Source of the DNA: an uncultured delta proteobacterium
GTDB lineage: Bacteria; Myxococcota_A; Polyangia; Polyangiales; Polyangiaceae
Assembly (NCBI GenBank): GCA_963716725.1
Contig: CAVQUB010000003.1
Span: 224,001 to 288,000 of the forward strand
DNA: 64,000 nt
Reading direction: 5' to 3'
Part shown: one piece after another, positions 18,852 through 29,138 of the stretch
Layout: the number at the start of each line of letters is the position of its first letter
Numbering within the stretch: the stretch's first letter is position 1
The notes under the pieces: model-generated
Databases searched by the model: none
Told to the model about the DNA's origin: nothing
The model's input: only the letters and a program-made list of their open reading frames with translations
Translations under genes and position numbers: made by a program

Positions 18852-21344
18852 ATGCTTCAAGGCCTGCGTTGGCTGACGGCGCTTCCGCTCGCATTCGTGA
18901 CGATCGGCTGCGACGACGAACATCTCGAACGTGGCCCGCTCCTGGTGTCCGATGGCGCCAGCGTGCAGGTTCGGCTCTCGCCCTTCGGGCTCGAGATCCG
19001 AGATGCGGACCAGCGGCCCGTGCTGGAGACCACTCGCGGCAGCCGCGACGATGGCTACGGGGGTCCCGGCGTCACGGTGGACAGCCCCGACTTCGTCTCC
19101 CAGGTGTTGCCGGGCTGGGACGGCTACCGTGCCAATGAAGCACCTTGGCACAGCGGGCTGGTGGCCACGGTGCGCGAGGCGGACCAGACGTCGGTGGTGC
19201 TGGATCTCGATGGCGACGGCACACATATGGTGTTTCGCGTGCAGGTCGAGGCGTCCCGCGTGCGGCTGTCCCTCGGCGCCGGCGCCAGCGCGGGCGGCTC
19301 CGACGCGCTGAACAAGACCACTCTTGGATTTCGCTCTCACCCCGACGAGAGCTTCTTCGGGATGGGTGAGCGCTTCGGCGAGGTCGATCATCGGGGCTGG
19401 CCCATCTACAGCTACGCCGAAGAAGGGGCCCTGGGCAGAGGCGAGAACACACCCATTGGCGAGGAAAACCCCTTTCCGAACGGGCCGAGCATGACCTATT
19501 TCCCGGTCCCCTTCTTCATGTCGAGCCGCGGCTACGCCGTGCACGCCGACACGACCTACCGCAGCGAGGTGCACTTCACCTCCGAGCGCGAAGACGCCTG
19601 GCGCCTCGCCGTCAACGCCGATCACTTCGACGCGACGGTGTACGTCAACGCCGATCCACTGCTGAGCCTCGATCAGTACACGGAGGACACGGGGCGGCCG
19701 CCCGTGCCCGCGCAGTGGGTGTTCGGACCCCGACGCCGCGTGGGTTCGAATTCGATGGTCGACGGTGTGCCCGAGTGGAAGCTGATGCGCGACCGCGACG
19801 TGCCCTGCACCGGCGTGGACGACTCCGTGCATTTTCTGCCCGCGCTCTCCCACAAGGGCCGTGAAGCGGAGCTCTCCGCCTGGACCTCTGCCGCCCACGC
19901 CGCGGGCTACAAGGTCATGGCGTACAACAACCCCTACGTCGCCTCGAACCACGACAACGCGCTCGACGACTACGCCTACGGCAAACAGCAGGGCTTCTTC
20001 GTCAAAGGGCCCGACGGCCAGCCGACGCTCACCGAGTTCATCTCGGGACAGCTGCTCGAAGTCGCGGCCATCGATCTGACGAACCCCGCCGCCGACGCCT
20101 GGTTCCAGAGCCTGCTGAAGCGCACGCTCGATCTCGGCTACGACGGCTGGATGCACGACTTCGGCGAGTACACGCCGCGCGACGCGGTGTTCCACGACGG
20201 GCGGCGCGGGGACGAGGTGCATGACGAGTATCCCGTGCTGTCGGCCAAGTCGGCCCACGATCTGTTGGAGCGCGAACGACCGGGCGACTACCTCTTCTTC
20301 GTGCGATCGGGCTACAGCGGAACCCAGCGTTGGGTTCCCGCGGTGTGGGGCGGCGACGCCGAAGCAAACTTCGACGAGAGCCAAGGTTTGCCGTCAACGC
20401 TGCGCGCCGGCATCAGCCTGTCGATGAGCGGCGTGCCCTATTGGGGCAGCGACATGACGGGCTTCAAATGCCTGACCGCAGCGCCCCGTGACAAAGAGGT
20501 CTTCTTGCGCTGGGTCGAGTTCGGCGCGGTTTCACCGATCATGATGGAACAGAACGCCTGCTCGAACCCCCTCGGCAAGCAGACCAAGTGGTCGCTCTGG
20601 AAGGACGACGAAACCGTCGAGGTCTACTCGCGCTACGCGCGGCTACACACTCGCCTGCAACCGTACTTTCTCACGCTGGCGCGCGAGGCAAACGCCAGCG
20701 GTCGCCCGCTCTCGCTGCACCCGTTTCTGATCTTTCCCGAGTCGCCTGCGGCCCGCGCCGTCGACGATGCGTACTATCTCGGGCCCGCGCTCTACACGTC
20801 GCCGGTGGTGCGGCGGGGGCAGCTCGACAAGAAGACCTGGCTACCCCCGGGACGCTTCGTGCACTTCGACACTTACGAGCTCTTCGCCGGCGACCAAGTC
20901 GTCAGCATCGCCGCGCCCCTCGGCCGGCTCCCGCTCCTGCTCGTCGAAAACCAAATCCTCCCGCTGCTCGACCCCAGCATCGACACCTTGGTGCCCGCAA
21001 CCGACGCTGACGTGGTCAGCCTCGACGATGTCGCCGATCGCCTCGACGTGAAGGTCGTGCTCGGCGCGAGCGGGCAGGCGCGGCTCGAGCTCGCAGACGG
21101 CACGGTGCTGGAGGCGGTGCGTGCCAGCCAAGACGCGGGCAACCCCGACGCCCTGGCCAAGGTCACCGACAGTGAAATTGCGAATTGCACGGCCTGCTTC
21201 ATCGACGACCAGAAGGGCGATACGAAGCGAGTGCGCGTGACCACCGCGTTGGCGTCGGGCTCGGACCTGCGTTGGGGCGATCTGCGGCTGGTGGTCAGCG
21301 GCGGTCCGGCGCGCCGAGTGCGCTGGGAAGTGCTGCGGCTCTGA
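18852..21344 (+). CDS. Glycoside hydrolase family 31 lipoprotein
   Basis: Lipobox TIGC; FFGMGERF, YFPVPFFMSSRGY, IDLTNP, GWMHDFGE (nucleophile), WGGD (acid/base), WGSDMTGF. Confidence 0.93.
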   Translation: MLQGLRWLTALPLAFVTIGCDDEHLERGPLLVSDGASVQVRLSPFGLEIRDADQRPVLETTRGSRDDGYGGPGVTVDSPDFVSQVLPGWDGYRANEAPWHSGLVATVREADQTSVVLDLDGDGTHMVFRVQVEASRVRLSLGAGASAGGSDALNKTTLGFRSHPDESFFGMGERFGEVDHRGWPIYSYAEEGALGRGENTPIGEENPFPNGPSMTYFPVPFFMSSRGYAVHADTTYRSEVHFTSEREDAWRLAVNADHFDATVYVNADPLLSLDQYTEDTGRPPVPAQWVFGPRRRVGSNSMVDGVPEWKLMRDRDVPCTGVDDSVHFLPALSHKGREAELSAWTSAAHAAGYKVMAYNNPYVASNHDNALDDYAYGKQQGFFVKGPDGQPTLTEFISGQLLEVAAIDLTNPAADAWFQSLLKRTLDLGYDGWMHDFGEYTPRDAVFHDGRRGDEVHDEYPVLSAKSAHDLLERERPGDYLFFVRSGYSGTQRWVPAVWGGDAEANFDESQGLPSTLRAGISLSMSGVPYWGSDMTGFKCLTAAPRDKEVFLRWVEFGAVSPIMMEQNACSNPLGKQTKWSLWKDDETVEVYSRYARLHTRLQPYFLTLAREANASGRPLSLHPFLIFPESPAARAVDDAYYLGPALYTSPVVRRGQLDKKTWLPPGRFVHFDTYELFAGDQVVSIAAPLGRLPLLLVENQILPLLDPSIDTLVPATDADVVSLDDVADRLDVKVVLGASGQARLELADGTVLEAVRASQDAGNPDALAKVTDSEIANCTACFIDDQKGDTKRVRVTTALASGSDLRWGDLRLVVSGGPARRVRWEVLRL

Positions 21345-21377
21345 GCCCGGGAGGGGTCGCGACTCTCGGTCGTGGGC

Positions 21378-21743
21378 TCACTCCGCGGAGAGCGCTTGCG
21401 TCTTCACTTCGTCGAGCACCGTACTGAGCTCGGTGAGCGCGTTGGCCTTTCCGCTGGCTACCGATGAGGCCTGCTTCCGATATCCGAGATAGGCATTGCC
21501 GAGTCGGCGCATGGCACCGGTCAGTTGATCGACGCGCGCGGAGTCGGCCGTGGTTCCCTTGAAGACGCCCGCGGCGAGTCGATCCGTCGTTCCGAGCCGC
21601 GCGACCAAGCGCGACGCGCTGTCTTTGAGCGGATCAGGCGCAATGTCCGCCTCGTCCCAGTTTGCCAACCGAAGCGTGGCTTCGAGCGACTCGACGAGCT
21701 CCTCGAGAGCTTTTCGGAAAACCACGATCCGTTTGTCTTTCAT
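21378..21743 (-). CDS. Small helical hypothetical protein
   Basis: 121-aa ORF MKDKRIVVFRKALEELVESLE... with plausible composition, filling the gap between genes. Confidence 0.7.
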   Translation of the reverse strand: MKDKRIVVFRKALEELVESLEATLRLANWDEADIAPDPLKDSASRLVARLGTTDRLAAGVFKGTTADSARVDQLTGAMRRLGNAYLGYRKQASSVASGKANALTELSTVLDEVKTQALSAE

Positions 21744-22040
21744 GTTCGTGACGAACTCGTAGCACCAAAACACCCCAGGTCTGACGATTGATTCGAAAGC
21801 GGTGTGAAATGGCTCCGCGCCGCCAAGCTCGGGGCGAATTGCAGCTGCGAGCCGCCGACTTCGTCACTCTCGCCACCCGGACTGACGTACGCGCGTGCGT
21901 CACGGGCGACCGAGCAGCGCGCGTTCCCCTGGGGCCGGAGCGCTTCCCTTGATGAGCAAGCTGCAACCCGAAGACTCGCTCCCAGAAGAGGAAGGCCATC
22001 TTGGCTGACGTTCGCGGAGTGAAAAGGCCAAGCGCGTGGG

Positions 22041-23144
22041 CTATCGCACGACGAGGCGCGCCCAGTCGCCGGTCGGAAAACTCGTCTCGTTGGCGAGAAC
22101 CGCCACGGCATAGCCGAGCCTTGGGTAGACCCGAAGCTCGGAGCGATATCCGCCTCCGCCTCCCAGGTGGTACGCGAACGGCTCCCCGCCGATCTGCCCC
22201 AGGTGCCAGCCGAGCCCGATCTCGGTTGCCTTGCCGCCGGACGTGACGAACGGCGTGAGCATGGTCGAAATCGTCGCCGTGGAGAGGAACACCCCGCCAG
22301 GCCCAAGCCCGTCGGCCAACACCATCTCGGCGAGCGCGAGCAGATCGTCGACCGGGCCGCTGAGGCCACCGTACGGCGCCCCATCGACGTCGAAGGGTCT
22401 GAGAACGCGATACGGACCAGCGCTTCCGTCAAAGAAGCGCCCATCGAGCATCCAACGTGCCGCGAGGCCCATGAAGCTCAGGCGCCGCTGGTAGCCAGTA
22501 GCCCTCTCGGATCTACCCCCGAAGGCCGAAGCTGCGCAGCCCAGGGGCTCGAGCACGTCCTTGGTGATGTGCTCTTGGAAGGTTTCGCCCGACTCGCGCT
22601 CGACGATGAGCCCGAGCAACAGGTAGCCCAGGTTCGAGTACGAGGACTTCTCGCCAGGGACGAAGGCGAGGTCGGGAGCCGTGCCGACTCGCTGCCGAAC
22701 CATGTCGGCAAGCGAGGGAGGCGGTTCGGTGGTCAAGTGGACCCACGACACGGGAATCGGGTTTCTGAGCCCCGCGCCGTGCGCGAGAAGGTGCCGCACG
22801 GTGGCGTCGCGGCCCGAGCGCGCCACCCTTACTTCCGGCAGGTAGCGGCTCACGGGGGCATCGAGGTCGATGCGCTTGGCCTCGACCAGCCGCATGATCG
22901 CCATCGCCGTGAAGAGCTTGGTGATCGAGAACCATGCGAAGGGCGTCGATCGAGAGACCGGAGTGTTGCTCCTGACATCGGCGAGCCCGGCACTTCGCAC
23001 CGTTTTCGTGCCGCCGCGCCGCAGCGTCCCTACGACGACGCCAGGCGCGTCGGTCGCGCCGGCGAGCGCGCGTTCGAGCTCGCCCACGCCTACGTTCTCC
23101 AACCGCGTTGTCGCGCACCCGAACAGGTTCATGGCGATCACCAT
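22041..23144 (-). CDS. Serine hydrolase, beta-lactamase class C/PBP family
   Basis: FSITKLF (SxxK), YSNLGY (YxN), HLGGGGGY; start uncertain (23132/23144). Confidence 0.92.
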   Translation of the reverse strand: MVIAMNLFGCATTRLENVGVGELERALAGATDAPGVVVGTLRRGGTKTVRSAGLADVRSNTPVSRSTPFAWFSITKLFTAMAIMRLVEAKRIDLDAPVSRYLPEVRVARSGRDATVRHLLAHGAGLRNPIPVSWVHLTTEPPPSLADMVRQRVGTAPDLAFVPGEKSSYSNLGYLLLGLIVERESGETFQEHITKDVLEPLGCAASAFGGRSERATGYQRRLSFMGLAARWMLDGRFFDGSAGPYRVLRPFDVDGAPYGGLSGPVDDLLALAEMVLADGLGPGGVFLSTATISTMLTPFVTSGGKATEIGLGWHLGQIGGEPFAYHLGGGGGYRSELRVYPRLGYAVAVLANETSFPTGDWARLVVR

Positions 23145-23353
23145 CGCGGCCAGCTGGTGCGGTGGAACAACTAGGAGAACGGGCTGCTCGAGAACTCTCT
23201 CGGTGATCAACCCGCCTGGATCCCGGCCCGAAGGCAAGGTGGATGTGTATCATACCAAGCACGTGATCGTGCGGTGCGGTGCGACCAGGGTCGCGGCAAA
23301 CCGCTGTCGAACGGACCGGACACAGGGCCAGCAGCAGTCGTTGGCCCGCGCGA

Positions 23354-24433
23354 TCAATTCGATCGCGTGCACATCGACACGACGAGCTCGCTGCTGAACG
23401 GGCCAGACGGCCCCTGGCCCTTCAGCCGCGCGAAGAGCAGCGGTGGAGGCTCGGGGAAGGCTGCATCCATCGGCTGCTGCGCGGGGCAGGATTCTCCCAG
23501 CAGGTCCTGGTCGCTCGTCGCGTCGACGCTGGTCGAGTGCTCACCCGTAGCCGGGATCGTGGTCTCGATCAGGTGGAGGGACCAACCGCTGGTGTCGAAG
23601 GGCGCGATGGGAGCGGAGCTGCCGAATGAATACTGAAACGGCACGATACGGATGTCGCCCGAGACCGATCCCAGCCCGGGTCCGGCCGCATGCGGGACGT
23701 GACCGTGGAGCGTCGTCATCGTGAAGGGACCCGCCGGTTGCACCATCGCGTTGCCAAAGGCCGACGGATGGGTGAGCCCGCTGTGGCATGTCAGCACCAC
23801 GCGCGGCGGCCAGGCGCTTCCGAATTCGACGCCTGAGCCGCACTTGGCCTCGAAGCTGCCGCCGTCTGCCTTGCCCTTCACGATGATTCCGTAGGGCTCG
23901 ATGCGATCGAGCTCGTCTTTGCAGCGAGTGCCGATCTCCGGCGCGGCGTCGGCGCTCGCCCACAGCTTGTAGTCCCAGGACTTCTGGGCGCCGCCGCTGG
24001 CGGTGAGGGTCTGCGCGACGCTCTTGTCCGGGCGCACCAGCTCGATGCTCTCGGGCATGAGGCAGGTGTCATTGCCCGAACTCAGGCGACCCCTCACCTG
24101 CAGGTGCGCCGGCTTGCCCGGCATCTCGAGCAACGCGAGGCTGACATCGTCGCAGAGCACCGTAACCTTGGCGCTGCCGCTCGTGGGCGTGCAATCGGTC
24201 GCGCCGCCCGTGCCGCCGAGACCCGCGCTGCCGCCGACGCCCGCACCACCGGCCACGCCACCGCTACCGCCTGCGCCGGTGCCAGCATTGCCCGTTCCGC
24301 CGGTCCCGGCGCCGGCCCCGCTGCCGCCAGCGCCGCCAGCGCCGCCCGATGCGCCGCCCGACGATCCCGAGCTGCTGCACGCAACGCCCAGGCAACACAC
24401 CAAGAGTAAAGCGACCGACTGGGCTCGGAACAT
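23354..24433 (-). CDS. Hypothetical lipoprotein with Gly-rich linker
   Basis: MFRAQSVALLLVCCLGVAC lipobox, Gly-rich stretch, Cys-containing globular part. Confidence 0.8.
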   Translation of the reverse strand: MFRAQSVALLLVCCLGVACSSSGSSGGASGGAGGAGGSGAGAGTGGTGNAGTGAGGSGGVAGGAGVGGSAGLGGTGGATDCTPTSGSAKVTVLCDDVSLALLEMPGKPAHLQVRGRLSSGNDTCLMPESIELVRPDKSVAQTLTASGGAQKSWDYKLWASADAAPEIGTRCKDELDRIEPYGIIVKGKADGGSFEAKCGSGVEFGSAWPPRVVLTCHSGLTHPSAFGNAMVQPAGPFTMTTLHGHVPHAAGPGLGSVSGDIRIVPFQYSFGSSAPIAPFDTSGWSLHLIETTIPATGEHSTSVDATSDQDLLGESCPAQQPMDAAFPEPPPLLFARLKGQGPSGPFSSELVVSMCTRSN

Positions 24434-24579
24434 GATGGGTGCGCGTCTGATGCCCCGGCGGCTCGCCGCGTTCAAGCCAACAGGTTGGCGGCTGCGCTCA
24501 AGCAAGTCGGCGGAATCACGGGGGAACGACCCGAGGAATTTTTTTGGAATAGGCCCAGCCCCTGCGCGGTTGACCCAAG

Positions 24580-24783
24580 TGAACCTGCAAGGAGGTGTCG
24601 AAGAGTCAAGAGAACAACGGCCCTGCGTGAACCTACGAGAGCGAGCCATTGCGCGCCCTCCTCCCCGAGCCCGCCCAAACGCAAAGAAGGCGCGGCCGCC
24701 ACTCTCGAAGTGGTGAGGCTCCTGTCGTCCACGCACGGCTGCTCTCAAAAACCCCTGGTGCGCTGCACCGGGGGTTTTTTTTT
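24580..24783 (+). ncRNA. Candidate structured small RNA (about 200 nt)
   Basis: Intergenic; nested complementary segments tgcgtg/cacgca, acga/tcgt, gagcc/ggctc, cgcgcc/ggcgcg, cgccact/agtggtg; ends in a terminator with 9 T; no plus-strand gene upstream to need that terminator. Confidence 0.55.
24747..24783. terminator. Bidirectional rho-independent terminator
   Basis: AAAAACCCCTGGTG-CGCTG-CACCGGGGGTTTTTTTTT. Confidence 0.9.
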
Positions 24784-24805
24784 GCGTGCCTCGGGGCGAG
24801 CGAGC

Positions 24806-27346
24806 TCACTTCCAGTCGACGAGCAGCCGACGGAGCCGGCCTTCGCTGCCAGCTCGGTCCGCGATCAACACCTCACGACCCAACAGCGCCGGCGAGATCG
24901 TGGGCGGCACCGCCGAGCTGAGGCTCATCAGTCGCACTGCAGCACTTGCCTTGCCGCCCGCCCACTCGGACGCCCAGACCCCCGCGGCTCCGTCTCTCAC
25001 GGCGTTCATCAAGACCCGACAAGCGTCGTCTCGACACTCCAGCGCGAGCGCATTCGGAGCGCTGCCGCTGAGCGGGATCGTCAGTGACTTGCCGAGGGGA
25101 CGGGCATCGGCACCGAGCTCGACGACGCGGACCTCCGCATCGCCGGACGCTCCGCTCGGGGAAACGCTCTCCTCGATCCACGCCAGCAGCGCGCCCTTGC
25201 CAACCAAGGCGAGGGCCGGCGAGCGCGAGTGCCGGGGCGTCTTCTCGACCACTTGCTCGCTGCCGACGAGGGATGCATCCGACCCTTTCAGGGCAGCGAC
25301 GTAGATGTCGCCAACACCGGGCTGGTCCTTGTCGCGCGCGTCGGACCAGGCGATGAGGGCGTCTGGTCCCCGCGCGACCAGGGCGACCTCTGCCGCGGAT
25401 CCGGCCGCGCTGGTGATGCGCTTGTCCGGGCCGGCGCTCAAGAGCATGCGGTTGATCCGCGCCGCGTACACCTCGGCATCGCCGCTCCGCTCGTCGATCC
25501 AGGCCAGCAACCAGCCGTCGCCGACGCCGGTTGCCGCCACGTCGCTCTTCTCCCCGGGGGCGCGGGTCAGCATGCGTTGCCGGAGCTTCTTGCCCTTGTC
25601 GTCCACGACCGTGACAAACACCTGCGGCACCTTGTAGTCCATCGCGGTCCATGCGAGCAGCGCGTCGGGCTGCCCGGCGGTGCTGGCCGCGAGCGCAACA
25701 CCTCCCAGAGAGCGTGCACGGATCGAAATCGTCTCTGCGGCGAGCGGCGCGCCAGACCCAGGGAGCGCTCGCACTTGGAGCAACGCTCGCGTTGGATCCA
25801 TCCGCCCGTCAGGCGCAGCTTTGGTGGGCCGCACCCAGGGCGTGCTGGGATCGAAGTAGGTGACCCACGCCGCCAGGGACGTCGGACCCACCTTGGTCGA
25901 CGAGAGGTCGGCGAGCGGATCCGTCTTTGCGATCACTTCGATGGCGGCAGCGCGGGGCGGCGGCGGGCGCCCCGCTCGGCGCGCGGCCGGCACGAAGCCT
26001 CCCCGCTTGCCCTCGGCGCGGATCGCCCACACCGGGGTGGGGTTGGTGGCTTGCGCGCCCAGCACGCGACATGGCTTCATCTCGCAGGAAAGCCCCCACA
26101 CGAGATCCGGTGCCTCGCCCCGGAGCGAGGCGATCTTCAGCGGCTCCGACGCGACCACGCGGAGGCTCGCGTCGAGCTCGACGTAGGTGGGCAAGAGCGG
26201 CGCGTCCGGGCACTCCTGCTCTTTTCGACACACCTTCGCCACGGTGAGCGCGGTGAGCCCCGCCGGAAGCGCAGCCAGCTCCGGGATCGATCCGTCCCGC
26301 ACGCCGTGGTCCAAGGTGGCTCGGGCTTCGCCCAGCTTTCCGTCGCTCGAGATGGGTGCGAGGGAGATCTTGCGACCGGTCGCCGGACGCTCGAGCAGGC
26401 TCTCCCAGGCGAGGTAGGCGCTGCCTCCCTTCTCGTGGGGTGGGACGAGACGGATCAGCGCCTGCTCGCCGATACTGTCTTCGAGGACCGTGGGCGACGC
26501 CGCGAGCTTGCCCCCGGAGTTGATCGACGCGAACCAGAGCTTCTCGTGATCGGACCAAGCCAGGAGCAGCCCTCGTTCTATCCTCACCATGTCGAGTTCG
26601 CGCACCTTCGGTGCTGCGGACGTGACTTCGACCCGCGAGGATGGCGCCCCGTGGTCGTCGAGGATCTCGAGGTGGACTCGGCCGGTTTCGCCGACCGCGG
26701 CCACGGCGGCCCCGGCGCCGAACCTCACGGCCTGCCAGGCGCGAGCATTCTTGACGAAGGGCTCGGGCTGCATGCGCTCTTGTCCCACCAGCGCGGCAAA
26801 GAGATCGGCGCCGCCCGGATTCTTCACGCCCCAGAGCGCGAGCGTGCCGCTCGACGTGGCGACCAGATCGATCCAGACGACGTCGCCAACCACTTCCGTC
26901 AGACTGACCGGTAAGCCCTTCGGTCGCCCACGCAGATCGAGCTCGAGTGAGTCGAGGACGGTGCGCCCGCCGTCCTTTCGGGTCGAGAGCAGCGCGAAAC
27001 CGGCGGGCTCTGCCTCGACCACGGCCACGCCGACTTCACCCGGCGCGTTCGAGAGGCGCAGCGGCGCGCCGCGAGGCATCCCGATATCGTCGAAGCCGAC
27101 GCCGAACCAGGCCCGGCCTTTCTCCGCGGCCTGCGCCCAGACCGCGACACCCCCGGACGAGGTCGTCGCGACGTAGGGGCCAACTGTGCCGGCGGGCACG
27201 CTGGCGAAGCGCACGCTGTCGAGGGCGTCTTTGCCCGCGGACGCGCCGGCGCTCGGAGCCACGGGCCCAGGTCGCGCCGGCTTGGCGACCTCGCTCTGCC
27301 CCGCACAAGCGCCGACGGCGAGAGCCAACATGAAGATGCAACGCAT
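24806..27346 (-). CDS. Large hypothetical lipoprotein (beta-rich repeats)
   Basis: Lipobox VGAC; recurring L-L-A-W-x-D/E strands suggest beta-propeller repeats. Confidence 0.82.
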   Translation of the reverse strand: MRCIFMLALAVGACAGQSEVAKPARPGPVAPSAGASAGKDALDSVRFASVPAGTVGPYVATTSSGGVAVWAQAAEKGRAWFGVGFDDIGMPRGAPLRLSNAPGEVGVAVVEAEPAGFALLSTRKDGGRTVLDSLELDLRGRPKGLPVSLTEVVGDVVWIDLVATSSGTLALWGVKNPGGADLFAALVGQERMQPEPFVKNARAWQAVRFGAGAAVAAVGETGRVHLEILDDHGAPSSRVEVTSAAPKVRELDMVRIERGLLLAWSDHEKLWFASINSGGKLAASPTVLEDSIGEQALIRLVPPHEKGGSAYLAWESLLERPATGRKISLAPISSDGKLGEARATLDHGVRDGSIPELAALPAGLTALTVAKVCRKEQECPDAPLLPTYVELDASLRVVASEPLKIASLRGEAPDLVWGLSCEMKPCRVLGAQATNPTPVWAIRAEGKRGGFVPAARRAGRPPPPRAAAIEVIAKTDPLADLSSTKVGPTSLAAWVTYFDPSTPWVRPTKAAPDGRMDPTRALLQVRALPGSGAPLAAETISIRARSLGGVALAASTAGQPDALLAWTAMDYKVPQVFVTVVDDKGKKLRQRMLTRAPGEKSDVAATGVGDGWLLAWIDERSGDAEVYAARINRMLLSAGPDKRITSAAGSAAEVALVARGPDALIAWSDARDKDQPGVGDIYVAALKGSDASLVGSEQVVEKTPRHSRSPALALVGKGALLAWIEESVSPSGASGDAEVRVVELGADARPLGKSLTIPLSGSAPNALALECRDDACRVLMNAVRDGAAGVWASEWAGGKASAAVRLMSLSSAVPPTISPALLGREVLIADRAGSEGRLRRLLVDWK

Positions 27347-27439
27347 GCGGCTCGGAAGCTACGAGCGCGCCCTGCGGCGCGCAACAGGGAAGACGTGGAC
27401 CGGTTTCAGCGTTCTGGAACAATCAGCTAGGATCTGCCA

Positions 27440-29097
27440 GTGACACTTGCGCAGCGCCTGCTCGTCGCGACTCTGCTGCTCACCGTGGTCACCACGGTGA
27501 GCCTCGGATTCGGCGTGCGCGAAGCTTGGCGGCGCACGGAAGAAGAGCGATTCCGTGAGCAGGGCGCGGCGGCCTTCGCGCGCCTCGAGAGACAGCTGGG
27601 CACCGCGGTTCGGGACCTGCCTGAGCTCGTCGAGCCTCTGTGCAAGCACGATCCGATGGTGGACAGCGCGCTGGTGGGCCTCAAGGCGCGCGATCTCGAC
27701 TCGCGCCGGTTGTCGCTCAGCCTGCGCGTGCCCGAGCTGATGAAGGCCCTGCGCCTCGACGAGCTAGTGCTGGTGACCAGCGAGGGCGAGATCCTCGGCG
27801 CGGGGCACGCCGACGGGTTGGTGGGCAAGCGCGACAAGAAGCTGGCTCAGCGCATGCAGAGCGGTGTCGGTTCGGCCCGCGTGCGCACCTCCGATCCCCC
27901 GCTGGCCATCGAAGCCGGGTGTTTGCTCCGCGATCGCGAGCACGAACGGCTGTGGGTCGGCCTGTTCGCCGCGCGTCATCTGGATCCGATGCTGCAGGCG
28001 ACGGCGGAATCTCACGGGGTGCGCCTCTCGCTCTCGAGACCCGCAGGCGGGCAAGACATGGTGACGGCCGTCAACGTGGCCGAGCTCGGGGGCATGACGC
28101 TGTTTGCGAGTCAGTCACGCGTGCCGCTCGCGCGGGCGCTGAAGGCTCTCGACTCCGCCATTGTCGTGATCGGGGAAGCTCCTTCGGTGCCGCGCTGCTG
28201 ATTGCGCTCATGCTCTCCCGGGGCCTGGCGCGCCCCATCGTCAAGATGGCCGAGCAGGCCCGGGCGGTGATCGGGGGCGAGCCCAAACCGGTGAGGGGCA
28301 AGGGCGGCAAGGAGTTGGTCGAGCTGGCCAACGTGTTCAATCAAGCCATCGCGGACCTGACCCAACTTCGGAAGCGGCTGGCGGCCACGGAGCGCATCGC
28401 CGCACGCCGGGAGATTGCCCGGCGCGTGGCCCACGAGATCAAGAATCCGCTCGCGCCCATTCGAGCCGCCGTCGAGACCTTGCGCCGTCTGCGTGCGCGG
28501 AACGATCCAGCCTTCGACGAGTACTTCGACGAAGCGACCCGGACCGTGCTCGACGAAGTGACCCGTATCAACAACATCGTGTCGGAGTTCACCCGCTTCG
28601 CGCGCTTGCCCCCACCGAACCCGTCACCCATCGAACTGGCAGACGTGATTCGAAAGGTCGTGAACCTGCACGCGAGCAGCGGCGCCGACATCGAGCTCTC
28701 GGTCTCGCCCGTTGTCGTGGTGAACGCCGACGGCGACCAAATGGTGCAGGTGCTCACCAACCTGATCCAGAACGCCATCGACGCGGCCCAGGCGTCGAAG
28801 AGCCCCCGAGTCACGGTGACGCTCGCCCCGGAGGGAGCGGACAAGATCCGTCTCTCGGTGCGCGACAACGGCCCGGGTGTGTCTGCGGAGCTGCGCGGTC
28901 GTCTGTTCGAGCCCTACGTCACGACAAAGCCGGAGGGCACGGGCCTCGGCCTCGCCATCGTGCACCGCATCGTGCTGGAGCACGGCGGCGAGATCGTCTA
29001 CGCGGATGCCGCGGGTGGCGGCGCCGAATTCACGTTGGTGCTGCCTGTGGCGGGGCCGACTTTGCTGACCGAGGCTCCGGCCCCTTCTTCGGTCTGA
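27440..29097 (+). CDS. HAMP sensor histidine kinase, NtrY-like (one apparent frameshift near 28172)
   Basis: TM-periplasmic-TM-HAMP; VAHEIKNPL, QVLTNLIQNAIDA, DNGPG, FEPYVTTK, GTGLGL; one G missing in a GGGG run joins ORFs 27440-28201 and 27640-29097. Confidence 0.92.
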
Positions 29098-29138
29098 GGG
29101 AAGGGACTGGGCTCCCCCAGCGTGTAACTGATCAGAGC

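Noticed and set aside
21750..22040. ncRNA or gene in the 290-bp gap
   Set aside because: No convincing ORF, extended hairpin or terminator; probably promoter region.
22041..23144. Bona fide beta-lactam resistance gene
   Set aside because: SxxK and YxN present but third motif is HLG rather than KTG; more likely an esterase or peptidase.
24579..24716. 45-aa small ORF in the sRNA candidate
   Set aside because: No RBS before its GTG (the AAGGAGG lies inside it); RNA structure explains the region better, though translation is not excluded.
28165..28205. Split histidine kinase as two genes
   Set aside because: Adding one G to the GGGG run restores TM2 and one continuous kinase.
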